Shown here piece by piece: positions 32,401 through 44,666 of a DNA stretch of 64,000 nt. Origin of the DNA: the human T2T-CHM13v2.0 reference genome, Homo sapiens; assembly GCF_009914755.1 (NCBI RefSeq), contig NC_060947.1; one strand, given 5' to 3'. Both the position numbers and the translations under genes were made by a program. The notes under the pieces are model-generated. The model did not search any database and was not told the origin of the DNA. It saw only the letters and a list, made by a program, of their open reading frames with translations. The first letter of the stretch is position 1. Every line of letters starts with the position of its first letter.

Positions 32401-35045
32401 GGGGGTGGATGGATGAAGGGGTGGGGTGGTAGATGGATGAAGGGGTGGGGGGGGTGGATGGATGAAGGGGTGGGGGTGGATGGATGAAGGGGTGGGGTGG
32501 TAGATGGATGAAGGGGTGGGGGGGGTGGATGGATGAAGGGGTGGGGGGGGTGGATGGATGAAGGGGTGGGGGGGGTGGATGGATGAAGGGGTGGGGGTGG
32601 ATGGATGAAGGGGTGGGGTGGTAGATGGATGAAGGGGTGGGGGGGGTGGATGGATGAAGGGGTGGGGGTGGATGGATGAAGGGGTGGGTGCATGGATGGA
32701 TGAAGGGGTGGGGGTGGATGGATGAAGGGGTGGGGGGGTGGATGGATGAAGGGGTGGGGGGGGTGGATGGATGAAGGGGTGGGGGTGGATGGATGAAGGG
32801 GTGGGGGGGTGGATGGATGAAGGGGTGGGGGTGGATGGATGAAGGGGTGGGGGGGTGGATGGATGAAGGGGTGGGGGTGGATGGATGAAGGGGTGGGGGG
32901 TGGATGGATGAAGGGGTGGGGGGGTGGATGGATGAAGGGGTGGGGGTGGATGGATGAAGGGGTGGGGGGGGTGGATGGATGAAGGGGTGGGGGGGTGGAT
33001 GGATGAAGGGGTGGGGGTGGATGGATGAAGGGGTGGGGGTGGATGGATGAAGGGGTGGGGGTGGATGGATGAAGGGGTGGGGGGGTGGATGGATGAAGGG
33101 GTGGGGGGGTGGATGGATGAAGGGGTGGGGGTGGATGGATGAAGGGGTGGGGGTGGATGGATGAAGGGGTGGGGGTGGATGGATGAAGGGGTGGGGGGGT
33201 GGATGGATGAAGGGGTGGGGGGGTGGATGGATGAAGGGGTGGGGGGGGTGGATGGATGAAGGGGTGGGGGTGGATGGATGAAGGGGTGGGGGGGGTGGAT
33301 GGATGAAGGGGTGGGGGGGTGGATGGATGAAGGGGTGGGGGTGGATGGATGAAGGGGTGGGGGTGGATGGATGAAGGGGTGGGGGGGTGGATGGATGAAG
33401 GGGTGGGGGGGTGGATGGATGAAGGGGTGGGGGTGGATGGATGAAGGGGTGGGGGGGGTGGATGGATGAAGGGGTGGGGTGGTAGATGGATGAAGGGGTG
33501 GGGGTGGATGGATGAAGGGGTGGGGGGGTGGATGGATGAAGGGGTGGGGGGGTGGATGGATGAAGGGGTGGGGGGGTGGATGGATGAAGGGGTGGGGGGG
33601 TGGATGGATGAAGGGGTGGGGGGGGTGGATGGATGAAGGGGTGGGGGGGTGGATGGATGAAGGGGTGGGGGGGGTGGATGGATGAAGGGGTGGGGGGGTG
33701 GATGGATGAAGGGGTGGGGGGGTGGATGGATGAAGGGGTGGGGGGGGTGGATGGATGAAGGGGTGGGGGGGGTGGATGGATGAAGGGGTGGGGGGGTGGA
33801 TGGATGAAGGGGTGGGGGGGTGGATGGATGAAGGGGTGGGGGGGGTGGATGGATGAAGGGGTGGGGGGGGTGGATGGATGAAGGGGTGGGGGGGGTGGAT
33901 GGATGAAGGGGTGGGGGGGTGGATGGATGAAGGGGTGGGGGTGGATGGATGAAGGGGTGGGGGTGGATGGATGAAGGGGTGGGGGTGGATGGATGAAGGG
34001 GTGGGGGTGGATGGATGAAGGGGTGGGGGGGTGGATGGATGAAGGGGTGGGGGGTGGATGGATGAAGGGGTGGGGGGGTGGATGGATGAAGGGGTGGGGG
34101 GTGGATGGATGAAGGGGTGGGGGGGTGGATGGATGAAGGGGTGGGGGGGTGGATGGATGAAGGGGTGGGGGGGTGGATGGATGAAGGGGTGGGGGGGTGG
34201 ATGGATGAAGGGGTGGGGGGGTGGATGGATGAAGGGGTGGGGGGGTGGATGGATGAAGGGGTGGGGGGTGGATGGATGAAGGGGTGGGGGGGTGGATGGA
34301 TGAAGGGGTGGGGGGGTGGATGGATGAAGGGGTGGGGGTGGATGGATGAAGGGGTGGGGGTGGATGGATGAAGGGGTGGGGGGGTGGATGGATGAAGGGG
34401 TGGGGGGGTGGATGGATGAAGGGGTGGGGGGGGTGGATGGATGAAGGGGTGGGGGGGTGGATGGATGAAGGGGTGGGGGGGGTGGATGGATGAAGGGGTG
34501 GGGGGGTGGATGGATGAAGGGGTGGGGGGGTGGATGGATGAAGGGGTGGGGTGGTAGATGGATGAAGGGGTGGGGGGGGTGGATGGATGAAGGGGTGGGG
34601 GGGGTGGATGGATGAAGGGGTGGGGGTGGATGGATGAAGGGGTGGGGTGGTAGATGGATGAAGGGGTGGGGGGGGTGGATGGATGAAGGGGTGGGGGTGG
34701 ATGGATGAAGGGGTGGGGTGGTGGATGGATGAAGGGGTGGGGGGGGTGGATGGATGAAGGGGTGGGGGTGGATGGATGAAGGGGTGGGGTGGTAGATGGA
34801 TGAAGGGGTGGGGGGGTGGATGGATGAAGGGGTGGGGGTGGATGGATGAAGGGGTGGGGGGGTGGATGGATGAAGGGGTAGGGGGTGGGGGAGTGGGTGC
34901 ATGGATGGATGAAGGAGTGGGTGGGTGGATGGATGACGGGGTGGGTGGGTGGATGGATGAAGGGGTTGGGGGGTAGGTGGGTGGATGGATGGAAAAGTAT
35001 ATAAACATAGATAAATAGACAGGTGGGTAGATGGATGGATGGATG
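29420..35045 (+). repeat. G-rich VNTR/minisatellite, unit GGATGGATGAAGGGGT(G)4-8T (about 21-25 bp), 5.6 kb
   Basis: Directly visible. Variant units ...GGGTGCAT and GGGGTGGTAGAT; degenerates into (GGAT/GGGT)n at both ends. Confidence 0.99.
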
Positions 35046-36036
35046 ATAAACAATACACATGGATAGCTAGACAACGAAATACAGGTTTTTACGGGTTCCA
35101 CTCTCCTCCTGCGGCATCTCAGGCTCCGGTTTTGTGGTGGAATTCTTTGGTAGTGCTTGTTCAACATCGTTCTGATCCCTAAGCTAGTGTGGGAATTAAC
35201 GGATTCACTTTCTTTATAAAAGAGGGCAGAGATAAGCACATGGGACGATGACCCCTGTCTGCTCCCCAAACAAAGTCAGCGACTGCCTGGATTTCCTGAG
35301 GTGGATGTTAGAATGTCACATGCTCCACACCCCCAGGAACAAGCGCTCGGTGCTCCCCACCAGCAGGACCTGGCTTAGACACGCCTTCCAGGCAGGAGAA
35401 TGCCTCTCTTCCTTCCCTCCTTTGTTTCCAACTGAAAGGGAAGGTTCCCCAGTAAAACTCTGGTCTTTACCCCCTGCAGGGAATCAGAGAGATGTGAGAG
35501 AGGATCTGGCTTTTGCGACAATGGAGGCCACTCAGAGGATACGCTGGTGTCTGTCTTTGAGACTCAGGGGCAAGCAGAAGAAAGAAGGAAACAGGAAAAG
35601 AGAGAACCTAGGAGGCAGAGTGTCGGCTGTGGCAAAGCGCGGCAGAGGCTCCCCCAACCGGTGTTCTGGGCCCTCGCTGGCTGGGCTTCCTCTCGTCTTC
35701 ATCCCAGAGAGAAGAGCCTTTCGTGCAGAGCCACATGGTGCAACAGTTCCTCTGACACGTAGCTCACTCCTTCCTACAGGTTCCTATCTGGAAAAGTGCC
35801 ACGCTACTGTGTCATCTTAGCACTAACAACGGAACGAGGATGACGCCCACGTCCTGGGTTTCCAAGTGTTGCATGCTTCCTTTGCGTTTCTGGTCTAGTC
35901 ATAGTGGAGCTGTCTCAGGCATATGCTAGACTTGAACACTCAATCATGCTGACGTCCCAACAAATGACCGACCTCTGTTATGTGGTTGCAGGGTGGATGG
36001 CACCTCTCCTGACTTCCAAATCTCACCCAACACAGG

Positions 36037-36660
36037 TATCACAGGCGTTGGAACGAGAGTAACTCCATCCTGAACAGGGGCCGGGTAAAATGAGGCTGAG
36101 ACCTACTGGGCTGCACTCCCAGACGGTTAAGGCATTCTAAGTCACAGGACAAGATAGGAGGTCAGCACAAGATACAGGTCACAAAGACCCTGCTGATAAA
36201 ACAGACTGCAGTAAAGCCGGCCAAATGCCACCAAAACCAAGATGGCGACAAGTGACCTCTGATCGTCTTCATGGCTCATTATACATTAATTATAATGCAT
36301 TAGGTACTAAAAGACACTCCCACAAGGGCCATGACAGTTTACGAATGCCATGACAAGGTCAGGATGTTACCCTGTATGCTCTAAAAAGGGGAGGAACCCT
36401 CAGCTCCAGGAATTGCCCACCACTTTCCCGGAAAACTCACGAAAAATCCACCCCTTGTTTAGCATATAGTCAAGAAATAACCATCGAAATAGCCAAACAG
36501 CAGCCCTCAGGGCTGCTCTGCCTAAGGAGTAACCATACTTTTATTCTTTTACTTTCTTAATAAACTTGCTTTCACTTTATGGACTTTCCCCAAATTCTTT
36601 ATTGCGAGAGATCCAAGAACCCTGTGCTGGGGTGTGGGTCGGGACCCCTTTCCTGTACCA
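36037..36660 (+). mobile_element. MER41B-type ERV1 solo LTR
   Basis: Follows the recalled MER41 consensus end to end (tatcacaggcg...gagacctactgggctgc...aataaacttgctttcact...gggacccctttcctgtacca). Near-4-bp TSD cagg/caga. Confidence 0.88.
36425..36433. promoter_or_regulatory. GAS (STAT1) motif TTCCCGGAA within MER41B
   Basis: Perfect TTCNNNGAA. The upstream partner site at 36404-36412 is degenerate (CTCCAGGAA). Function not shown. Confidence 0.55.
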
Positions 36661-36845
36661 CAGACATACGGTTTTAGGAAAGAACATATTCTCGCCTTCC
36701 TTGCCAGCTGTTCATCCAGAAACCACTGAACTGTATTTGGCTGATTTACCTTGACCCAACCTGTGCCCCCCTGAGCTCTGCAGGTTACTTCAGAAAGGGT
36801 CTGTGCAGAAGATTCATTTTTTAATTTAATTTTTAAATTCTTTTT

Positions 36846-36956
36846 AAGACTAAACAAGCGCAGAAGTGATAAGGGGGGAAAAGAGTAGAGCAAGGAGTTC
36901 AATCTGTAGCTGACTGTGAAAATCAACTGAGATAACTCACTACCTTCAGAGCAGCC
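36846..36956 (-). pseudogene. Y1 RNA (RNY1) retro-pseudogene with A-rich tail
   Basis: Reverse complement GGCTGCTCTGAAGGTAGTGAGTTATCTCAGTTGATTTTCACAGTCAGCTACAGATTGAACTCCTTGCTCTACTCTTTTCCCCCCTT...TAGTCTT closely follows hY1. A-rich tail at about 36816-36845; degenerate TSD cagaagattcatt / cagaatgttaatt. Confidence 0.9.
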
Positions 36957-37251
36957 CAGAATGTTAATTGTATATTTAAAGAAGATATGGATATTTCAAT
37001 ATAAAAATCTCAATGGGCATGCATGGGTGGTTCCTTCACAAGTTTGGGTTTTTTGCCTCTTATTCACACAAGCTCAATTGCTAATTCACATTGCCAACCT
37101 CAGCAGGGCAGCAGATGTGTGTGCAGCCACACTGTGTGTTTGCGACACTCACGTACTGTTTTCAAGGTTACAGAAATGCCGAGTGGACGAATGGGTGGGG
37201 GAAGGGGGTGCTGGCCTGTAAGATGAAGATTCTCTACAGAGACTCTACTTA

Positions 37252-37434
<183 letters not shown>

Positions 37435-37714
37435 TTAGAAGCTCTGATTGTTACAATAACTTCGTTGAGTAAAACCACGCTCCGTTTACCCTCCTGTGCA
37501 CATATTTTAATGTGTAAAGACAGTAACATTGTTTTCGCTGATTCCTTTCCATAGAAACATTTCTTAACGGGCTTGGAAGCTAAGAATTGGTTTTATCATC
37601 CTTGCTCCTGTTGCTGGTACTGTTACCACTGTTACTCAGAAGCAAAAAAAAACCTCATTTTTTTTGAGTTATTTATACCTTAGTATAAATCATAAAGAAT
37701 AAAATTAATTAATT

Positions 37715-38050
37715 AAAGGAAAAAGAACGAGATCATGTCCTCTGCAGCAACATGGACGGAGGTGGAGAGGCCATTCTCCTAAGTGGACTCACATGTTCTC
37801 ACTTGTATGTGGGAGCTAAACACTGGGGACACACAGACACAGAGAGGGGGAAAAGCAGACACCTGGCCGCTGGAAGGAGAAGCACAGGAGAAGGATGAGG
37901 ATGGAAAATCTACCTGTCAGGTATGATGCTTATTACCCAGGTGACAAAATAATCAGTACACCAAGTGTCATACAGTTTACCCATGTAACAAACCTGCACG
38001 TGTACCCCTGAACCTAAAAGTTCTTTAAATAAATAAATAAATAAAATTAA
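37715..38050 (+). mobile_element. L1PA/L1PB 3' end
   Basis: gagatcatgtcc..gtgggagctaaac..gtaacaaacctgcacgtgtacccctgaacctaaaa. Confidence 0.85.
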
Positions 38051-38117
38051 GTAAAAAGAAAATCCTTTATCCAAAAAAAAAAGTGGCAGTGAAAAGAATA
38101 ATTCAAGAACTCGCTTA

Positions 38118-38432
38118 GGCCGGGCATGGTGGCTCACACCTATAATCCCAGCACTTTGAGAAGCCAAGGTGGGCAGATTACTTGAGGCCAGGAGTTCAAG
38201 ACCAGCCTGGCCAACATGGTGAAACCCCATCTCTACTAAAAATACAAAATTAGCCAGGCATGGTGATGCATGCCTATAGTCCAAGCTACTCCGGAGGCTG
38301 AGGCAGGAGAAATGTTTGAACCCAGGAGGCGGAGGTTGCAGTGAGCCAAGAATGCGCCACTGCACTTTACACTCCAACCTGGGCGACAGAGTGAGACTCT
38401 CTCTCAAAAAAAAAAAAAAAAAAAAAAAAAAA
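38118..38432 (+). mobile_element. AluS
   Basis: Dimer. Confidence 0.95.
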
Positions 38433-38778
38433 GGTGCAAGAGCTGGGTTTGTACCTGTAACTGAGACTGGATGGTTTGCAAAGCTTACGTATGTTCTCTT
38501 TGGCTCTTTACACCCCCACCCCCACCCCCCAAAAAAACATTTCTTGCCCCCTGGAAACCAGTGTAAAGACAGAAATACACTTCCTCCCCTGCATACCATT
38601 TTCCTTTAAAGGTGCCTGCTTTGTGCTCCAAAAGCAAAGGGGTGGCCTCAAGCAGGAAGCCTGTACTTCTTCCCCTAAGAAAGCTCTGGAATAAAAAATC
38701 ACTTTCTTTACACTAGACCTCGCTCTTGCTAATTGCACTCTGCAAACGGCGAGCGGCTGAACCTGCATTTTGGTTACA
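38431..38778 (+). mobile_element. ERV-type LTR (family not identified)
   Basis: tgtaac...gttaca inverted termini, internal AATAAA; 5' part homologous to 20190-20320. Confidence 0.6.
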
Positions 38779-39522
38779 GAAGAATCTGCTAAATAAAGTC
38801 AGGGCAAGATAACAAGGACTGCAGCAGAAGCTGGAAGACTCATGGGCTGGAAAGGAGCTGAGTATCAGTAACCCCAGAGAGGGGGCCTTGTCTGGGCCGT
38901 ACTCCATTGGCGCTCTACTGCTGGGTAGAATGTCGCTTCGGGCTTTCAGCAATTCAGACCTGCAGCACAAATGCGGGCCACATCCACCCTTCCTGCCAAG
39001 TGCTGCCCTGGTGTGTGGAGCCTGTCTGTAGACAGGCAGAAAGAAGCAACACCCTCAGAGGGAAAAAATATATAGATGCTTTGCAAAAGACCCTTCCCTC
39101 CCACCACTCAGATCAATGAAAGAAGAAACCCTTATTTTGTAAGTTGAATGTAAAGAGAACAAAAAACAAGTTCCACAGAGTCTGGTAATATACATGTTTA
39201 TCCACTCTCAAGTTCTTTGCACAATGTATCAAGCATGTGCAAAGCCTATTTTATACCCAGCACATCTTGCCTGAGTCCGCACTGTTTGCAGTGGTGTGGG
39301 CACGTATCTTGGCTTCAGCTCCTCAGCTTCCTGCTTGCAGGAACCCACCCAAAATGTTGTTACTGTTATCTTTCCTTCCCTTCCCCACCACACCTCCATA
39401 CCCCATCTCTTTCCAGACAACAGACTTTTCCACACTAATCTGTAAGCCCTTGGGATAACAACAAACTGGCTGCCATCCAAATTTCAAATTCTGTCGGCCA
39501 TCCATGAAATAAAAGTACCACA

Positions 39523-39832
39523 AGGTCAGGCATGGTAGTTCACACCTGTAATCCTAGTACTTTGGGAGGTTGAGGCAGGAGGATTGCTTTAGGCTAGGAG
39601 TTTCAGACCAGCTTGGACAACATAGCAAGACCACTCCTTTACAAAAAAAAAAAAAAAAAAAAGCCAGGTGTGCTGAAGTGCACTTGTAGTCTCAGCTAGT
39701 CGGGAGGCTGAGATGGAAGGATCACTTGAGCCCAGGAGGTCAACACTGCAGGGAGCATGATAGTGTCACTGTACTCCAGCCTGAGCAACAGAGCAAGACA
39801 CTGTCTCAAAAAAAAAAAAAAAAAAAAAAAAA
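39523..39832 (+). mobile_element. AluJ
   Basis: Dimer. Confidence 0.92.
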
Positions 39833-41058
39833 TTACTGCAGGATGTAGCAGATATAAATCAGGAAACCAGGAAAGAAGACAAGGAGAGAAATTGAGTTCT
39901 CCTCCCATGGAAGCATGTGGAAGGGACTTACTCTCTATCTGCAGGTTAGAGCTAAGTATGGAACAGGGACCACCTTGTGGTCCTGTTAAGTGCTTCTCAC
40001 TCATTAGAATTAAGTCTACAAATGGAAAGTACAATGCGCACTATTTTAGAAACACGCTCTCCCCTGCCCTGCCCAGCAGTTGAATCAACTCCAAGTACAC
40101 CCTGGCTGCTTCAATGCACGACACTTCTGTCATTCTGCAAGACGAGCGACTTACTGGCCTGCTAGTTTTGTATTTCCACCTTTCTAGCCCATCCAAAGTG
40201 GCCTGAAAGTAGCTAAAAGCCTAGATCTTAGCTGATATGAAGCCCAGGTAGAGGCCACAGGTCATGCTACAGGCATTAGCTGCAACTTCTCCACTTACCT
40301 TTTGAAAGATGAGGCTCTTTTTGGCTCCGTGTTAGGGTAAGGACACACACCTGAGGTTGTATGAGGCTGTATAAGTATCCAGGTTCTAACTTGCCTCAGG
40401 AGGACTCCTGCCCTGTTAGAGTCACTCCTTCCTGCAAAAAGCCCCAACGCCTAGCTGAATGTACAGAGAGACATACGCTGCTATGGAGAGATGCTGACTG
40501 CGTGAATGAATATGAGATGAGACAGCCTGAGTGTTATGTCGAGACCACTGGTCTGGGCAGTGAATTATCCACTTCCCTGCTCCTGTCTCCTTTTGCTCAC
40601 CTGGCTTTTGGGTAGAAGGAAGGTGACACCTGCTGTTCTCAGTTTTCTCACTGTTCTTAGTTTCACTATGGCCGGGGGGAGGGGAGGGAGGAGGCCATGT
40701 TAACGAAGGAGAAACAGAGCTAAGGATAGGATTATCTATAAAGTATAGATATCCAATGACTCCTGTGTTCTTAATGCCCACGCCTTCCGCCACACCTGCA
40801 CTGGTTGAACTGTGCACCCCCCAAAGTCCTAAACCCCAGTATTTGTGAGTGGGACCTTATGTGCAAACACGATCTTTGTAGCTGCAATCAAGTTAAGATG
40901 AGATCATCCTGGCTTAGGATGGGGAATAATTGCTTAACAGATACAAGTTCTCTTTTGGGATCGTGAAAATGTTCTGGAACTAGAGAGAGGTGATGGTTGC
41001 ACGACATGGTAAATGCAATAAATGCCACTCAATTGTGCACGGCAAGATGGTTCAAACA

Positions 41059-41752
<694 letters not shown>

Positions 41753-41771
41753 TCAGTCCAGTCCCTCTTAC

Positions 41772-41791
41772 GTCCTAGCAGGTGGCGTCAC
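41772..41791 (+). promoter_or_regulatory. candidate CTCF site (weaker)
   Basis: cCTAGCAGGTGGCGTC, one mismatch in the core. Confidence 0.3.
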
Positions 41792-42504
41792 CAGCCTCAC
41801 TTTCTGTCTCTCCTCATGGCTTTATGACATGGTGAGCATGTCACTCAGCTAACAGGGGCATGGTAGGGCTCAGGAGGAAGGACAGCTGATTACAGCTTTT
41901 ACACTTGATTACAGATACAAATGCATTTTTTCCCTTTTTATCAGAAAAGTATGAGCCAGTGTTTTGTCTGGGTTTGGTAATGCAGGAAATAGATGTTCGC
42001 TCAGTACTCATGGTGAAAATACTACATTGCCTTTTCTTATAGGATCTTGGGTTGCAATAAAGCAGCAGGGTGTGGGGTTTTTCATAAAAAGGGAAGATTT
42101 TGTCATCTTTTTTTTTATGGGGACACAATCACAGTTCCTAGAACTGTCTGATGGGGACAAACAGTTGAGAATTTCAGGCCCGTGAAGGGAGAAGGTGTGT
42201 GTTTGCGAGCATGGGACAGCTTCCGATGGCCAGCCCAGGCCCTGGGAGGGGTTTCCTCGGTGACAATGGCTCCTAGGCACCACTGATCAGCAGGGAGAAG
42301 GGTGCCTGTCACCAACCTCGGCACAGTAATACCCACGTCCTAGTATGAACTACAGCAAAATTAAAAGGGGCTCAAGGGAAAGTAACAACACCGACTGCAA
42401 ACAGACTCGACATCTCAGGCCCTCCTTGACTTCCGTTAAATACTCAAAGTAAGAAGCTAGGGGAAAAGGTCTAAAGTAACTAGAAAGACTTTTCTGGTGT
42501 TATG

Positions 42505-43110
42505 AAATATATATAAAACGATTATGTATTTATAAATGTATATGTTTAAATTTGAACTTATAATCTAAACACTAAATGTGTAACACATACTAATATATAA
42601 ATTTAAATTTTAAAAATAAATATATATTTATAAAATTATATATAAAACTATGGATAATAATGTATAATTATAGCTACATATAACTTTCTAAACATATTTA
42701 TACCATAATTTATGAGCACATATAATTATTTGGTAGCCATGTTTATAAAATTAAATATGTAATATTAAATATAAAACTGTATCCATTTATTATATATTTA
42801 ATTGTATTAAATTATTTTTTAAATATAATTATGTTTAACTAAAAATTACATATTTAATATATAATTATAATTAGAATATATTAGTATATTAATATATACA
42901 TACATTGTTATATTAGTAATTAACACATTACATTAATATCTTTATGTATTAAATTTATATATAAATATACTAAAATATTTAATATATTAAAGAGATAAAT
43001 ATATTTAAATATATAAATTTAATGTCGGATATATTATTTATGTGTAAATATTACAATTATATAGTTATTTATAATTATATACATAATTATGATTTTATAT
43101 GTATGATTTT
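42505..43110. repeat. AT-rich low-complexity tract
   Basis: About 600 bp of mostly A/T. Confidence 0.9.
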
Positions 43111-43111
43111 C

Positions 43112-43505
43112 TAATGTGGTAAAATACACACAGCATAGAATTTTCCATTTTAAGCATTTTTAATTGTATAGTTCGGTGGTAGGAAGTCCACTGACCTTGG
43201 TGTTCAACCCTCCCCACCGTCCACTGCTGGAACTTCTTCATCATTCCAAACAGAAACTCCATCCTCATTAAACAGCATCTTCCCCTTCCCTGCACCTCCC
43301 CGGCCCCTGGCACCCACCATTCTACTTTCTGTCCTTATGATTTGGAAGAATCTAGGGCCCTCCTACAAGTAGAATCACACGACATGAGACCTTTTTGGTC
43401 TGGCTTATTTCGTCCAATATCATGTTTTCAAGGTTTATCAACGCGTAGAATGTGTCAGAATTATATTCCTTTTCAAGGCCAAATAATATTCCACTGCACA
43501 GACAG
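43112..43505 (-). mobile_element. L1MB 3' fragment
   Basis: tgtggtaaaatacac..accattctactttctgtc..tcatgttttcaagg. Confidence 0.8.
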
Positions 43506-43551
43506 AGCTCCTGGCCAATTTTAACCAGTTCACAAAGCAAATGGCCTGGCT

Positions 43552-43730
43552 CAGGGGTGGGCAAATATTTTCTGTAAAGAGCCAGACGGCAAATATTTTA
43601 GGCCTTGTGAATCACATGGTCTCTGTTACAAATATCCAGCTCTGCTACGGTAGCTCAAAAGCCCCCAAGATGTGACTGTGTTCCAATAAAACTTTATTAA
43701 CAGACACATAGGGGGCTGGATTTAACCTAT
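43552..43730 (+). mobile_element. MER58A hAT MITE
   Basis: caggggtgggcaaa...tctgtaaagagccaga...tgtgttccaataaaactttatt. Confidence 0.85.
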
Positions 43731-44012
43731 GCAAGGCTAATTTTTTTGTTTTTGATGTTTTGTAGAGATGAGGTCTTGCTATGTTACCCAGGCTGGGTTT
43801 TTTTTTTTTAAATAGTTGTCAGATGTGATAATGGCACTGAAGTTCTTTTTTAAAGGGAGTTATCTGTTAAAGATAGGATAAAGTGCACCTGCTTTAAAAT
43901 AACTCAAGAAACAAATGGGCAAAGAGAAAAAAAACAAAGTGACAAAGCTTTGATAACAATCGAAGCTGGGTGATGGGGCCATAAGGTTTCAATGTGAATT
44001 ACTCTCTCTACT

Positions 44013-44014
<2 letters not shown>

Positions 44015-44046
<32 letters not shown>
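44015..44046. repeat. (TG)n microsatellite
   Basis: Perfect TG run. Confidence 0.95.
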
Positions 44047-44050
<4 letters not shown>

Positions 44051-44186
44051 GGGTAAGTAGTAATTTTGAAAGACTAGGTTCAATGTTATCCCTATAAGGC
44101 TAGAAATAAAAATCCAGAGGAAAGTAATCAATGTAACATCTGGATTTAAAATGCTACAACAGAGGAACTAGGAAAGAGCTGTTGCA

Positions 44187-44333
44187 CCTGGCATGGTGGC
44201 TCACGGCTACCATCCTGGCACTTTGGGAGGCCGAGGTGGAAGGATTGCTTGAGGCCAGGAGTTCAAGACTATCCTGGCCAACATAGTGGGACCCTGTCTC
44301 AAAAGAAACACAAAAAAACACAAACAAACAAAA
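44187..44333 (+). mobile_element. FLAM
   Basis: Monomer with A-rich tail. Confidence 0.85.
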
Positions 44334-44429
44334 AGCTGTCGCAGAGAAATAAAAAACACCAAAAACAAACAAAAAAGAGCTGTTGCAGAGAAAGAAAACC
44401 ATCTGTTATGGTTTAAAGACAGATGTATA

Positions 44430-44666
44430 AAGGTTGAGCATCTTTAATCCAAATCTGAAATCCCAAATGCTCCAAAAGTCAATACTTTTCCAGCACCGAC
44501 ATGAGGCTCACAGCGCAAAGGAAATCCTCACTGGAGCATCTTGGATTTCAGATTTTCAAATTAGGGATGCTCACAGGTAAGTGTAATTCAAATATTCCAC
44601 AATCTGAAAAAAATCTAAAATCCAAAACAATTCTGGTCTGAAGTATTTCAGGTAAGGGATGCTTGT
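44430..44666. mobile_element. Tigger4a (Zombi/MER46A) MITE
   Basis: aggttgagcatc..aatcc..aaatgctccaaaa..aaggaaatcctcactggagcat..gggatgct. Confidence 0.8.

Noticed and set aside
29420-35045. CRISPR-like array or HSAT2/3 satellite
   Set aside because: Eukaryotic intron; the variable parts are only G-run lengths, not unique spacers; the unit is not (GGAAT)n.
29014-35269. Three ~2000-aa Pro/His-rich ORFs as a novel extensin/mucin-like gene
   Set aside because: All three frames are open because the C/A/T-only strand of the VNTR cannot form stop codons. Unit lengths are not multiples of 3 and there is no codon-level constraint.
35248-35820. 190-aa + strand ORF in unique sequence next to the VNTR
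   Set aside because: No recognisable domain or exon support; compatible with chance in GC-richer sequence.
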